From NCBI GenBank assembly GCA_963748215.1, contig CAVVHS010000009.1, forward strand, positions 384,001-448,000: a DNA stretch of 64,000 bases, given 5' to 3'. Under the pieces are notes generated by a model, which was given only the letters and a program-made list of their open reading frames with translations, ran no database searches and was not told the DNA's origin. This document shows positions 52,636 to 64,000 of the stretch, piece by piece (the stretch's first letter is position 1; every line of letters begins with the position of its first letter). The position numbers were made by a program, and so were the translations under genes. Source of the stretch: an uncultured Gammaproteobacteria bacterium. GTDB lineage: Bacteria > Pseudomonadota > Gammaproteobacteria > UBA9214.

Positions 52636-53262
52636 ATGAAAATTTACCTTGGAAGCTGCCGGCGCGCCGGCATCGTACTCGCACTTACGGCAGGAATGAG
52701 TGCACCTGGCATTTTGCTTGCCGGGCCGGGCTGCATGAACGATCAGCGCATGACGAGGAATGTCTACCCGTACAGCCCGATGGCCCCGCAACCGGCCTAC
52801 CGGCAGATGACGCCCTACGCTTACCAGGCTGCCCCGGCAGGCAACAGCATGAGGATGGCGGCTCCCTACTACCGACCGATGGCAGTTCAGCAGGCCGGTC
52901 CCCGCACCGGTAACCCCGCCACCCCGGCTCCCGCTATGACAGCTGCCGTCCAAACCACCCGGGTTGCTCTCGGCAACGACAGCGAAGCTGCCGGTGAAAC
53001 CGTCACCGTGCGTATCAATGGTATGCGTTTCGAACCGGCAAACATCACGGTCAAGCCCGGCACCAGGGTGACCTGGGTACAGGCCGATGGTATGCCACAT
53101 ATCATCAGCGGCAAGGCCACCGGTATGCGTTCGAATACCCTCTACACCGGTCAGGACTACAGTTACATCTTTCAGAAACCCGGTGAGTACGCGTATGTCT
53201 GCGACCTGCATCCCTCCATGAAGGGCAGTGTTGTCGTGGAGGAAGACGGGACCGGAACCTGA
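52636..53262 (+). CDS. Exported type-1 copper protein (plastocyanin/amicyanin-like cupredoxin) with a Met/Tyr/Pro-rich N-terminal extension
   Basis: RBS aaggag; signal peptide; MRFEPANITVKPGTRVTW..MPH, YVCDLHPSMKG (H, C, H, M ligands). Confidence 0.88.
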   Translation: MKIYLGSCRRAGIVLALTAGMSAPGILLAGPGCMNDQRMTRNVYPYSPMAPQPAYRQMTPYAYQAAPAGNSMRMAAPYYRPMAVQQAGPRTGNPATPAPAMTAAVQTTRVALGNDSEAAGETVTVRINGMRFEPANITVKPGTRVTWVQADGMPHIISGKATGMRSNTLYTGQDYSYIFQKPGEYAYVCDLHPSMKGSVVVEEDGTGT

Positions 53263-53280
53263 GTGGCTGGACGGAGAGGT

Positions 53281-53693
53281 ATGAAACGTGAAACGTGAGA
53301 GGTGAGACGATATATGGCCACGGAATACACGGAAGAACACGGAAATCTGGATTAATGCGGTTTGACATGTAGGGTGCGTTTTACTGCTAAACGTAAAGAC
53401 GTGAGACGTGAAAAACATAATGGCCACGGAATACACGGAAGAACACGGAAATAAATACATGACGGGATGTAGGGTGCGTTTTACGCACCGACAACGGTGC
53501 ACGAAGCGCACCCTACTCCACGGAATGTAGGGTGCGTTTTACACACCGACAACGGTGCACGAAGTGCACCCTACTATTGGGGTAGGCGCATCTCATGCGC
53601 GATCTTTATGGGTCGTACAGGGATCTGCAACATAAGGATCGCGGACATCGTCCGCTCCTGCAATGCACCATTCCCGGTGCGTAAAACGCACCA
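53281..53693. repeat. Mosaic cluster of short repeats and REPs
   Basis: Tandem tgaaacg/tgagacg heptamers; two ggccacggaatacacggaagaacacggaaat; two REP doublets gtagggtgcgtttta..cacc...ggtgcacgaag.gcaccctac (53469-53516, 53527-53574). Confidence 0.8.
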
Positions 53694-53715
53694 ACTTTTC
53701 CCGTCAATGTGCGGC

Positions 53716-55387
<1,672 letters not shown>

Positions 55388-55590
55388 TCAACCATACCCG
55401 GGCGGAAAACGGGGCTGGAAATTTTCGCGCCATACCGGCCGACCGGATCGGCAGGTACTTGATAAAGCTCAATGTCCTGAACCCGCGGCCCCGGGTAGGC
55501 TGGGAAGCCCTTGATCAAGCCGGGTATGCAGGCGTCGCCATGTCGCCAAATCGGGGTGTTACCGGCTGTTGACGCCAATATCCGGAGGGC

Positions 55591-56016
55591 ATGATCTTGA
55601 GTGAACGCAATTTCAGCATGCGCATGCAATGCAGCTACGAGGGGGATACCAACGCCATTGCCGACCTCGTCGTCGAGCATGAGGTGGAGGGCCAGTGGCA
55701 GCCGCTGGAGCTCGGCCTGACGGCACCGGGATTCGATATTTTCGTTTACGCGGTATTCACCTGCCAGCATATGTATTTCCGGGTCAACTGCGCGGAACGC
55801 GGGCTGCTGCTGAACAGCGCCGGGGGCAGCATCGTCATCGGCGCCGGCGCGGACTGGAACATGGAAACCCTGCGAGTGCATTTTTCCGGCCACGTTCGCA
55901 GCGGGCAGGCAAGCCAGGAGGATATCGACTTTATCGTGGCGCGCATGAAACAGTGCCCGGTGTCCCGCAATCTGGTCGAGGTCCCCGATGCCAGGTCAGG
56001 CGTCAGCCTGGACTGA
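55591..56016 (+). CDS. OsmC/Ohr-like protein
   Basis: About 140 aa with two Cys in OsmC-like positions (AVFTCQ, KQCPVSRNL); RBS ggagg. Confidence 0.6.
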   Translation: MILSERNFSMRMQCSYEGDTNAIADLVVEHEVEGQWQPLELGLTAPGFDIFVYAVFTCQHMYFRVNCAERGLLLNSAGGSIVIGAGADWNMETLRVHFSGHVRSGQASQEDIDFIVARMKQCPVSRNLVEVPDARSGVSLD

Positions 56017-56075
56017 AAGCAACAGGTAGGCGCAATGCCCGGTTAGCGCCGTCCCTGTTCAGCAGGGCGCCGGCA

Positions 56076-56954
56076 TCAGGCCGGGTCCTGGTGAATGATC
56101 ACGTCCGCCAGCGGGAAGGCCTCGCGGATCGCGAGTTCGACGCGGTCGGTGGCGGCATGGGCCTCGCCCAGCGTGAGGTCCGCATCGAGTTCGAGATGTA
56201 ACTGGATGATCTCCATCGCTCCCGACTGACGGGTGCGCAGGTCGTGCAGGCCGCGCACCAGCGGCTCGGCGCGGGCGAGCTGTTTCACGCGTTCGCGGAC
56301 CTCGTCGGGCAGTTCGCGGTCGATGAGATGGTGAAACGCATCGTGCCCGATGTGCCAGGCGCCGTAACAGATATAGATCGCCACCAGGATGCCGAACAGT
56401 GGATCGAGCACCGACCACCCGTACTGCGTCAGTGCCAGCGCGGCGATGGTCCCCAGGTTGGTCAGCAGGTCGGTCGTATAGTGCAGGGAATCGGCGCGCA
56501 CGATGGTCGAGCGCGTGCGACGGATCACGTGGTGCTGGATAAGCAGCAGCGCCGCGGTGGCCGTAACGGCAAAGCCCATCACGACGATGCCGACCATCAC
56601 GTCCTCGACCGGGCGCGGATGCATCAGGCGGTCCACGGCATGCAGTACGAGGAAGACCGCGGAACCGGCGATGAACGCGGCCTGGGCCAGCGCGGCCAGC
56701 GGCTCGACCTTGCCGTGGCCGAAGCGGTGTTCCTCGTCCGGTGGCTGCAGCGAAACCCGCACTGCCACCAGGTTGATGATCGAGGCTGCCGCGTCCATGA
56801 GCGAGTCGACGAGCGAGGCCAGCACGCTGATCGAGCCCGTCAACAGCCAGGCAGCCGTCTTGCCCACGATCAGCAGCAGCGCGGTGAGGACAGAGGCCGT
56901 GGTGGCAAGCTTCAGCAGCCGTGCGGTATCGGCGGGGGTGGTGTGTTCGGTCAT
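56076..56954 (-). CDS. fieF: Cation diffusion facilitator (FieF-like)
   Basis: SLVDSLMD, EHRFGHGKVE, ADSLHY..D, HDLRTRQSG, VIIHQDP. Confidence 0.9.
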   Translation of the reverse strand: MTEHTTPADTARLLKLATTASVLTALLLIVGKTAAWLLTGSISVLASLVDSLMDAAASIINLVAVRVSLQPPDEEHRFGHGKVEPLAALAQAAFIAGSAVFLVLHAVDRLMHPRPVEDVMVGIVVMGFAVTATAALLLIQHHVIRRTRSTIVRADSLHYTTDLLTNLGTIAALALTQYGWSVLDPLFGILVAIYICYGAWHIGHDAFHHLIDRELPDEVRERVKQLARAEPLVRGLHDLRTRQSGAMEIIQLHLELDADLTLGEAHAATDRVELAIREAFPLADVIIHQDPA

Positions 56955-57020
56955 GGTGAGATGCGCGGCTCTTTCATCAGGTGATTGTCACCGGCTCGGG
57001 CGAGTCAGCGTCCTGTTTTC

Positions 57021-58520
<1,500 letters not shown>

Positions 58521-58812
58521 GTCAAATCATCCGTTGATGGGTTTTGCGCAGGATGCCGCTTGGGCTGCCCGATTGTAGCCGTCACGGCGGCGGCCAGCCA
58601 GCCCGACCGGATGCACCGGCCACGGGCACGATCGATTAATATTTATCTGATAAATGCCGGCTTTTGCCCCTGTTTTTGCCGGCAATCCGGCCGAGTGCCT
58701 GCCTGCCTGATTGCGCCCGGCGAAACGGGCGCGTTATGCTACCTGTGCCCGTCACATCGAAACGGCTGCAGGCGTGCGTTGCGCCTGCTAATGACAACTC
58801 AAGGTGAATCCT

Positions 58813-59571
58813 ATGAAGCGTACAACACTGGCAATCGCCATCCTGTTTTCCCTGGCCGGCCCGGCTTCGGTCCTGGCCGAAGTGCCGGCAGTAACCGTAA
58901 AACCGCTGGCAGTGGAAGTGATACCCCTCGACGTTGAAGCGGCCACGCAGCAGGCACTGGAGGCCTTGCCGGCAACAGCCGCCGGCGCCGAAGCGGTGCA
59001 GCAGCCATCGGTCGAGGCAACGCCGGCAGCCGCCGCAGCGATCGACACCGCAACGGCCGCAGAGCCGGCGGTAGCGGAAACACCGGCACCGGCAGTCGCC
59101 GCGCCTGCTGCAGCGGCAGCAGAACAGGCCGCAGCGGAAATGAAGGCCGCGCCGGCAGCCGCCGCAGCGATCGACACCGCAACGGCCGCAGAGCCGGCGG
59201 TAACGGAAACACCGGCACCGGCCGCCGCGGCTGCTGCAACGGCAGCAGAACAGGCCGCTGCGGAAATGGAGGATGCAGCCCCGGCCGCCGGCGCCGCAAT
59301 GGTCGAAGCGCCAGCGGCAGCGCCTGTGGAATCGGCTGCCACCGACACTGCCACAGACACCGGATCATCCGCCGCCGGCATGCCCGGCAAGCGACCCTGC
59401 TGGAAAGGCGGCATGGGCATGATGGGCAAGGGCGGCATGAAGCCGGGCCACGATCACCCTGGCAAGGGCATGCCGGCCCGGCATGCAGAGGTGGTGGAGC
59501 GCCTGGACATGATCGAGGCGCGCATGGCCAAGATCGAGATCATGCTCGAGACCCTGATGAAGCGCGAGTAG
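58813..59571 (+). CDS. Secreted Ala/Glu/Pro-rich repeat protein with a Met/His-rich segment and C-terminal coiled coil
   Basis: Signal peptide; 129-bp internal tandem duplication (59022 and 59151); C-terminus MGMMGKGGMKPGHDH...RLDMIEARMAKIE. Confidence 0.7.
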   Translation: MKRTTLAIAILFSLAGPASVLAEVPAVTVKPLAVEVIPLDVEAATQQALEALPATAAGAEAVQQPSVEATPAAAAAIDTATAAEPAVAETPAPAVAAPAAAAAEQAAAEMKAAPAAAAAIDTATAAEPAVTETPAPAAAAAATAAEQAAAEMEDAAPAAGAAMVEAPAAAPVESAATDTATDTGSSAAGMPGKRPCWKGGMGMMGKGGMKPGHDHPGKGMPARHAEVVERLDMIEARMAKIEIMLETLMKRE

Positions 59572-59911
59572 GCCCGGCTTCGATACACCGTCCGCCGACC
59601 TTGCCGGCAACACGGCAGCAGGGTAGCCCCCGGTCTCTCTGCAGGGTCGGGAGAACCCGGGGTCATGCCCGTTTTTCCAGGTCGAGGCTCTGCAGTGCTG
59701 GTCGCACCGTGCCCCAACACAACTGCAGAGCATCGTGCCAGGACAGGACATCACCAGCCGGCGGTTGATTGCGATCATGGGTTCATCTTGTCAGAACAGG
59801 CCGCTGCTGTGCTGCAGGGATACGGGCCCAATGATATTGAGGCGCAGCGCAAACCATCGTGTGGCTTAACCGCCGGCCCGGGTGAGCCGAACGATCGGCT
59901 GCGTTCCTCAA

Positions 59912-61090
59912 TCAGGCATTTGCAGCGCCGGGCGTTGCGCCCGGCGCTGCTCCCGTATCGACCACCACCCTGTCGCGTCCTGACTGCTTGGCCTGGTACA
60001 GCGCGCGGTCGGCCCGGCACAGCAGGGTCTCCACGGTGTCCTGCCGGGTACAAACCGCGATTCCGATCGAGCAGGTGAGGCGGATGCTGACATCCCGGTA
60101 GTCGATGCTCAGGTCACGAACCGCCGCCAGGATGCGTTCACCCAGTGCTGCCAGATCGCCGGGTTCCACGTCCACCAGGATCACGGCGAATTCCTCGCCA
60201 CCGTAGCGGGCAATGAAATCCGAACGCCGCGGAAACACGCGCACGATGGCGTTGGCCACGGCCTGCAACACCTGGTCGCCGGCGGGGTGCCCGTGGCTGT
60301 CGTTGATGTGCTTGAAATGATCCAGGTCGAGCATCAGCAGGGCCATGGTCTGGCCGGACAGGAACGAGAAATCGATCTGCCGGGCAATCACCTCGTCGAA
60401 GGCGCCACGATTGTGCACGCGTGTCAGGGCATCGAGGCTCGCTTTCTCGCGCACACTCACCAGGTCGGCACGCAGGCTGCGCACGCGCTCGCCCATGGAC
60501 TGCAGCTGTGCCTCGTAGCGGGCATGGCGTTCCTGTATCACACGGGACACGATATCGACGGTTTTCGCCAGCTGGGTCCGTATTTCGCCCAGGGAGTTGC
60601 CTTCGACCGCGGTGCTCAGCGCGGCGAGTTCGCAGGTGACCAGGTCATCCTTTGCGCTGTCCTCGCTGATGGCGTTGCGCAGGCCATTGGTCAGATCGCC
60701 GATCAGGCCACGCATGCCCTCGGCGCTGCTCTGCACGGCGGACTGTTCGTCGCGCCGGTGAGCGCGGAAGAAGTGCAGCAGGTCAGCCCAGCGCCGCTGG
60801 TCCATGCTGACCGGTTCCGGTTTGTCTTCCTCCTGTTCTGGCCAGTCCACGCCCAGCGGCGCGGGTGTGCCGGTCAGAATGTGCAGCGCCCATGCCTCGC
60901 AACGGCGCTCCAGCTCGGCGGCCGGCATGGCCTCGATATCGAAGCCGCGCGCGCCGTAGGTGCGCAGCACACCCGCGAGGGTATCCAGCACCTGGTCCGC
61001 CACGGCCTCTGCGGCGGCCTGGCGGTCCGCCTCCGCGTCCGGTGGCGGGTTGGCGTCTGCGCCATGCTTACCCCTGGAAAACAAGCTCAT
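59912..61090 (-). CDS. Cytoplasmic diguanylate cyclase (GGDEF)
   Basis: Coiled coil followed by DALTRVHNR, DLDHFK, I-site RRSD and GGEEF. Confidence 0.9.
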   Translation of the reverse strand: MSLFSRGKHGADANPPPDAEADRQAAAEAVADQVLDTLAGVLRTYGARGFDIEAMPAAELERRCEAWALHILTGTPAPLGVDWPEQEEDKPEPVSMDQRRWADLLHFFRAHRRDEQSAVQSSAEGMRGLIGDLTNGLRNAISEDSAKDDLVTCELAALSTAVEGNSLGEIRTQLAKTVDIVSRVIQERHARYEAQLQSMGERVRSLRADLVSVREKASLDALTRVHNRGAFDEVIARQIDFSFLSGQTMALLMLDLDHFKHINDSHGHPAGDQVLQAVANAIVRVFPRRSDFIARYGGEEFAVILVDVEPGDLAALGERILAAVRDLSIDYRDVSIRLTCSIGIAVCTRQDTVETLLCRADRALYQAKQSGRDRVVVDTGAAPGATPGAANA

Positions 61091-61174
61091 CTGTCACCTC
61101 GGTTGTGAAACCCATGGCCGGGCCGGTTTGATCCGGCTGTTTGGCACTGCCGCATTGCTGCCTGACGTCGCTGA

Positions 61175-61777
61175 TCAAAGCCACCCGTCCCCGTTCTCCT
61201 TCGCGACCTGCTCGCCGGGCAGCACGCGACCCGCACCGACCGGCTTTCCGGGCAGTTTGCCGGCTTTGTTCGAGCGGCCCAATGCCGGGTACTGGCGCGC
61301 CCGGATGCCATAGCCGAGCAGGGCACCCCCGGTCGCGGACACGGCCAGCAGGCCGAGCGTCATGAACTGGGTGAACAGCAGCAACACGCCCAGGCCGGCG
61401 ATGCCCGTCAGTGCCGCGCCCAGTTTCAGCGTCGAGCGACTCTGCACACGCCGGGTCTCTCGCAGCAACTGCTGGTGACTGTTGCGGATTTCCTTCGTTT
61501 TCTCCTTTTCGGCCTGGCGCACGAGGCGGTCACGCTGGCGCTGGTATTTCTCGCTGGCCTTGATAAAGGAATGCTGGCTGGCATGGCCGGTGATCGAGGT
61601 AAACCAGAATGCGGCTATCACACCGATCAGCAGGCCAAGCGCGCCGAACAGCCAGCCGCTCTTGTTGAGGTCGGCGTCCTGTGCGGTTATGAGCAGCAGG
61701 GCTGTCGCGCCCTGCAGCAGGAAGATCCCGATCAGGAACTTGAGAAACGCCGAAAGACTGAAGGGGGTCATCGCCAT
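61175..61777 (-). CDS. Hypothetical membrane protein (TM pair - coiled coil - TM pair)
   Basis: Four hydrophobic helices flanking a basic coiled coil. Confidence 0.7.
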   Translation of the reverse strand: MAMTPFSLSAFLKFLIGIFLLQGATALLLITAQDADLNKSGWLFGALGLLIGVIAAFWFTSITGHASQHSFIKASEKYQRQRDRLVRQAEKEKTKEIRNSHQQLLRETRRVQSRSTLKLGAALTGIAGLGVLLLFTQFMTLGLLAVSATGGALLGYGIRARQYPALGRSNKAGKLPGKPVGAGRVLPGEQVAKENGDGWL

Positions 61778-61888
61778 GCCTCGTCTGTGTCAATGCAGCT
61801 ATTCTGCCACAATGGCCGGAGCGGTATGGCATGCCGCCGCCTGCTGCCTGTCCCGGGTTGTCCAATACGCCGGACAGGTATCATAAAT

Positions 61889-62039
61889 GGCCACGGAAGC
61901 ACACGGAACTACACGGAATGAACACGTCTGTAATCAACTAACTGAACGGGGTAACGACGAGCATGGCGAGTGTGTCTGTGGTCCGGCAGCGCCCGATACA
62001 ATCAATTTTTCCGTATTATTCCGTGTGCTTCCGTGGCTA
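61889..62039. repeat. Inverted pair of ccacggaa-type repeats (same family at ~4716 and 53316-53450)
   Basis: ggccacggaagcacacggaactacacggaa ... ttccgtattattccgtgtgcttccgtggc. Confidence 0.7.
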
Positions 62040-62247
62040 TTACCATTCTTTGCAATTTCCGGCGCTGACGCCGTCCCCTGGATAAATACGTCTTTGCATG
62101 GCTGGCGTGAATATCAATCAGTTGATCCGGTAGGGGCATCAGCAGATACGTCCTTGCTGGATGGTCTGTCGTGGCAGGGGCGAAAGCGGGCGCGGGCGGC
62201 GGCAACTCATGTATATTTGGACACTGACTACACAACCTGCAGTGACC

Positions 62248-63870
62248 ATGTCCCGTAACCCCACCTTCAGACTGTTGCTCGCGGCCGGCGTTTTCGTCGG
62301 GATACTGGTGCTGCTGGCGATCCTGCTCAGCGCGGCGCAGTTCGCCCTGTCGCTGTGGCATGAGCTGCAGGCCGCGCCGGCCTGGGTGGTGGTGCTGGTG
62401 GCCGGTCTTGCCAGCGTGCTGCTCGGCTTCGGCCTCTGGCTGGTCTGGCGTATTGCACGCCCGGCCCGGGGCCGGGGCGGGAAGGCGGCCCCGCCACTGA
62501 CGGAGGCCGAACTGCAGGCGCACCTGGAGGCCGCTCGTGCCGCGGGCATCGACGTCGAATCCGCCCGCCGCGAGCTGGAGGAGCTGGCACGGCGCCGCGA
62601 GCTGGAGGTCGTCCACCTTGCGCTGTTCGGCGAGATCAGCAGCGGCAAGAGTTCGCTGATCAATGCGTTGCTGCCGGGTGCGAGCGTGGCGACCGACGTG
62701 ATCGGCGGTACCACGACCACCGTCCAGCACTATCGCTGGCAGCGTGAATCCGGCGACGAGGTAATGCTGATCGATGTGCCGGGCCTCAATCAGATGGACG
62801 GCGAGTACGACCCGCTGGTCATGGACGAGGCGCAACGTGCGCATGCCGTGATCTTCGTCTGCGACGGCGACCTGACCCGCGGCGAATTCATGGCCCTGCA
62901 GCCGCTGCTGGCGCTGAACAAGCCGCTGATCGTGGCCTTCAACAAGCTGGACCGCTATTCACGGGAGGACCGGAAACTGATTCGGCAGCATCTGGCCGCG
63001 CGTTTCGCCGGCAACCCGGAGGTGAGCATTGTCGGTATCGCCACCCACCCGACGCGCAAGGTCGTCAGGGTCGGTGCGGACGGCAGCGAGCATGAGGAGG
63101 AGCAGGTCCTGCCACCGCAGATCGACGAGTTGCGCGCGGCCGTGCAGTCCGCGCTGGATCGCAACATGCTGCTGCTGGAGCGCCTGCGCGATACCGCCGT
63201 GTTCGAACTGACCGCGCGCAAGCTGGACCAGGCGAAGGCGGAATACCGGGTCAGGGAGTCCTCTTCCCTGGTGAAGACCTATACCCGGCGCGCCGTGGCC
63301 GGCGGCATGGCGGCGATCAGCCCCGGCACCGACATCCTGATCCAGGGCTACCTGGGCACGCGCATGGTCAAGGCACTGTGTGAGCTGTACGAGGTACCGG
63401 TGCGCGAGATCGAGCTGAACAAGCTGCTGGACCTGTCGCAGAAACAGGTGCGCACGGCCCTGCCGCTGCTGCTGGCCGTGGCCGGCAATGCGGCGAAGGC
63501 GTTCCCGGGCGTGGGTACGCTGGCCGGCGGCCTGATGCATGCCGTCGCCTACGGGCTGATCTTCGACGCGCTGGGCCATGCCGTGATCCGCACACTGGAG
63601 ACGCGCGGCGAGCTGCGGCCCGCCCCGACCAGCCTGACCTTCCGCGACAACCTCGTCACCGACGTGGAAACCCGCACGCGCAAGCTGCTGCGGCTGGCAC
63701 TCGACGTGCGCAAGGAACAGGGCGAGAACCCGGGCGGCCGACGGGTAGGGTCTGTGCGTAACAAGCTCTCGCGCAGAGACGCAGAGATCGCAAAGAGCAG
63801 GATGAATGGTGGCATGCTCGGGATACTATCTGGGAACGGGCAAGTTTCCGGATTTCCTTGGTTTTCCTGA
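62248..63870 (+). CDS. Membrane-anchored Era/TRAFAC-type GTPase with a DUF697(YcjF)-like C-terminus; the true stop may be near 63748
   Basis: Two N-terminal TMs, G1 GEISSGKS, G3 DVPG, G4 NKLD. The last ~40 codons read through a repeat element, and an out-of-frame TAG lies at ~63746. Confidence 0.8.
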   Translation: MSRNPTFRLLLAAGVFVGILVLLAILLSAAQFALSLWHELQAAPAWVVVLVAGLASVLLGFGLWLVWRIARPARGRGGKAAPPLTEAELQAHLEAARAAGIDVESARRELEELARRRELEVVHLALFGEISSGKSSLINALLPGASVATDVIGGTTTTVQHYRWQRESGDEVMLIDVPGLNQMDGEYDPLVMDEAQRAHAVIFVCDGDLTRGEFMALQPLLALNKPLIVAFNKLDRYSREDRKLIRQHLAARFAGNPEVSIVGIATHPTRKVVRVGADGSEHEEEQVLPPQIDELRAAVQSALDRNMLLLERLRDTAVFELTARKLDQAKAEYRVRESSSLVKTYTRRAVAGGMAAISPGTDILIQGYLGTRMVKALCELYEVPVREIELNKLLDLSQKQVRTALPLLLAVAGNAAKAFPGVGTLAGGLMHAVAYGLIFDALGHAVIRTLETRGELRPAPTSLTFRDNLVTDVETRTRKLLRLALDVRKEQGENPGGRRVGSVRNKLSRRDAEIAKSRMNGGMLGILSGNGQVSGFPWFS

Positions 63871-63965
63871 ACAGGCTACATACTCAACGATATGCAACAT
63901 ACCCGCGTACTCCCTGTTCTCTCTGGCAGGATTTGTCCTGCGCACTCTGCGTCTCTGCGCGAGAT
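63767..63965. repeat. Inverted repeat element (cgcagagacgcagag family)
   Basis: tctcgcgcagagacgcagag ... ctctgcgtctctgcgcgaga. Confidence 0.7.
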
Positions 63966-64000
63966 ATTGATATTTCGAATAGCGGTAATGACGACATGAG

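Noticed and set aside
53281-53693. Possible CRISPR array
   Set aside because: The repeats are heterogeneous palindromic REP-like units without regular unique spacers, and there are no cas genes.
63749-63870. C-terminal extension of the GTPase as real protein sequence
   Set aside because: It reads through an inverted-repeat element; a one-base correction near 63735 would stop the gene at the TAG near 63746.

Overview
A 64 kb chromosomal segment of a moderately GC-rich Gammaproteobacterium; the gene content is compatible with an environmental or sulfur-oxidiser-type MAG (inference). Several genes carry single-base frameshifts that look like long-read indel errors. In order, the window holds: a c-di-GMP block (GGDEF-GGDEF-EAL gene, a duplicated GGDEF fragment, PilZ, TolC); a decayed IS; a Sel1 / PpkA-ectodomain-like vWA / TagT-TagS-like ABC module; a DUF3683 FAD/Fe-S oxidoreductase; an SDR; a copA + RND efflux block bracketed by two tRNA-Lys 3'-half relics, each interrupted in the T-loop; an alcohol dehydrogenase; an ABC1 kinase / Lon-N / small-protein operon divergent from hemH; a RIO1-like kinase; a pspA-membrane-vWA operon divergent from a two-component system; a Sel1 protein; trpB2; a CFI-box-CTERM protein; a GDSL hydrolase; a MacAB-like ABC exporter; a DUF393 / NDUFA9-like pair divergent from a cupredoxin; pgm; an OsmC-like gene; fieF; zwf; an Ala-rich repeat protein; a GGDEF; and a membrane-anchored GTPase. 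Intergenic DNA is rich in MITEs and REP-like palindromes. The most notable signals are four. (1) Two divergent promoters 24 kb apart carry ~11-bp-phased TGTACA arrays, resembling CarH/LitR operators and defining a putative photo-oxidative regulon with unusual members. (2) A pspA-vWA operon is paired with its own two-component system. (3) The two tRNA-derived att relics have T-loop insertions. (4) A kinase-less PpkA/TagST-like module has no T6SS genes nearby. No CRISPR array, rRNA or intact tRNA was seen.
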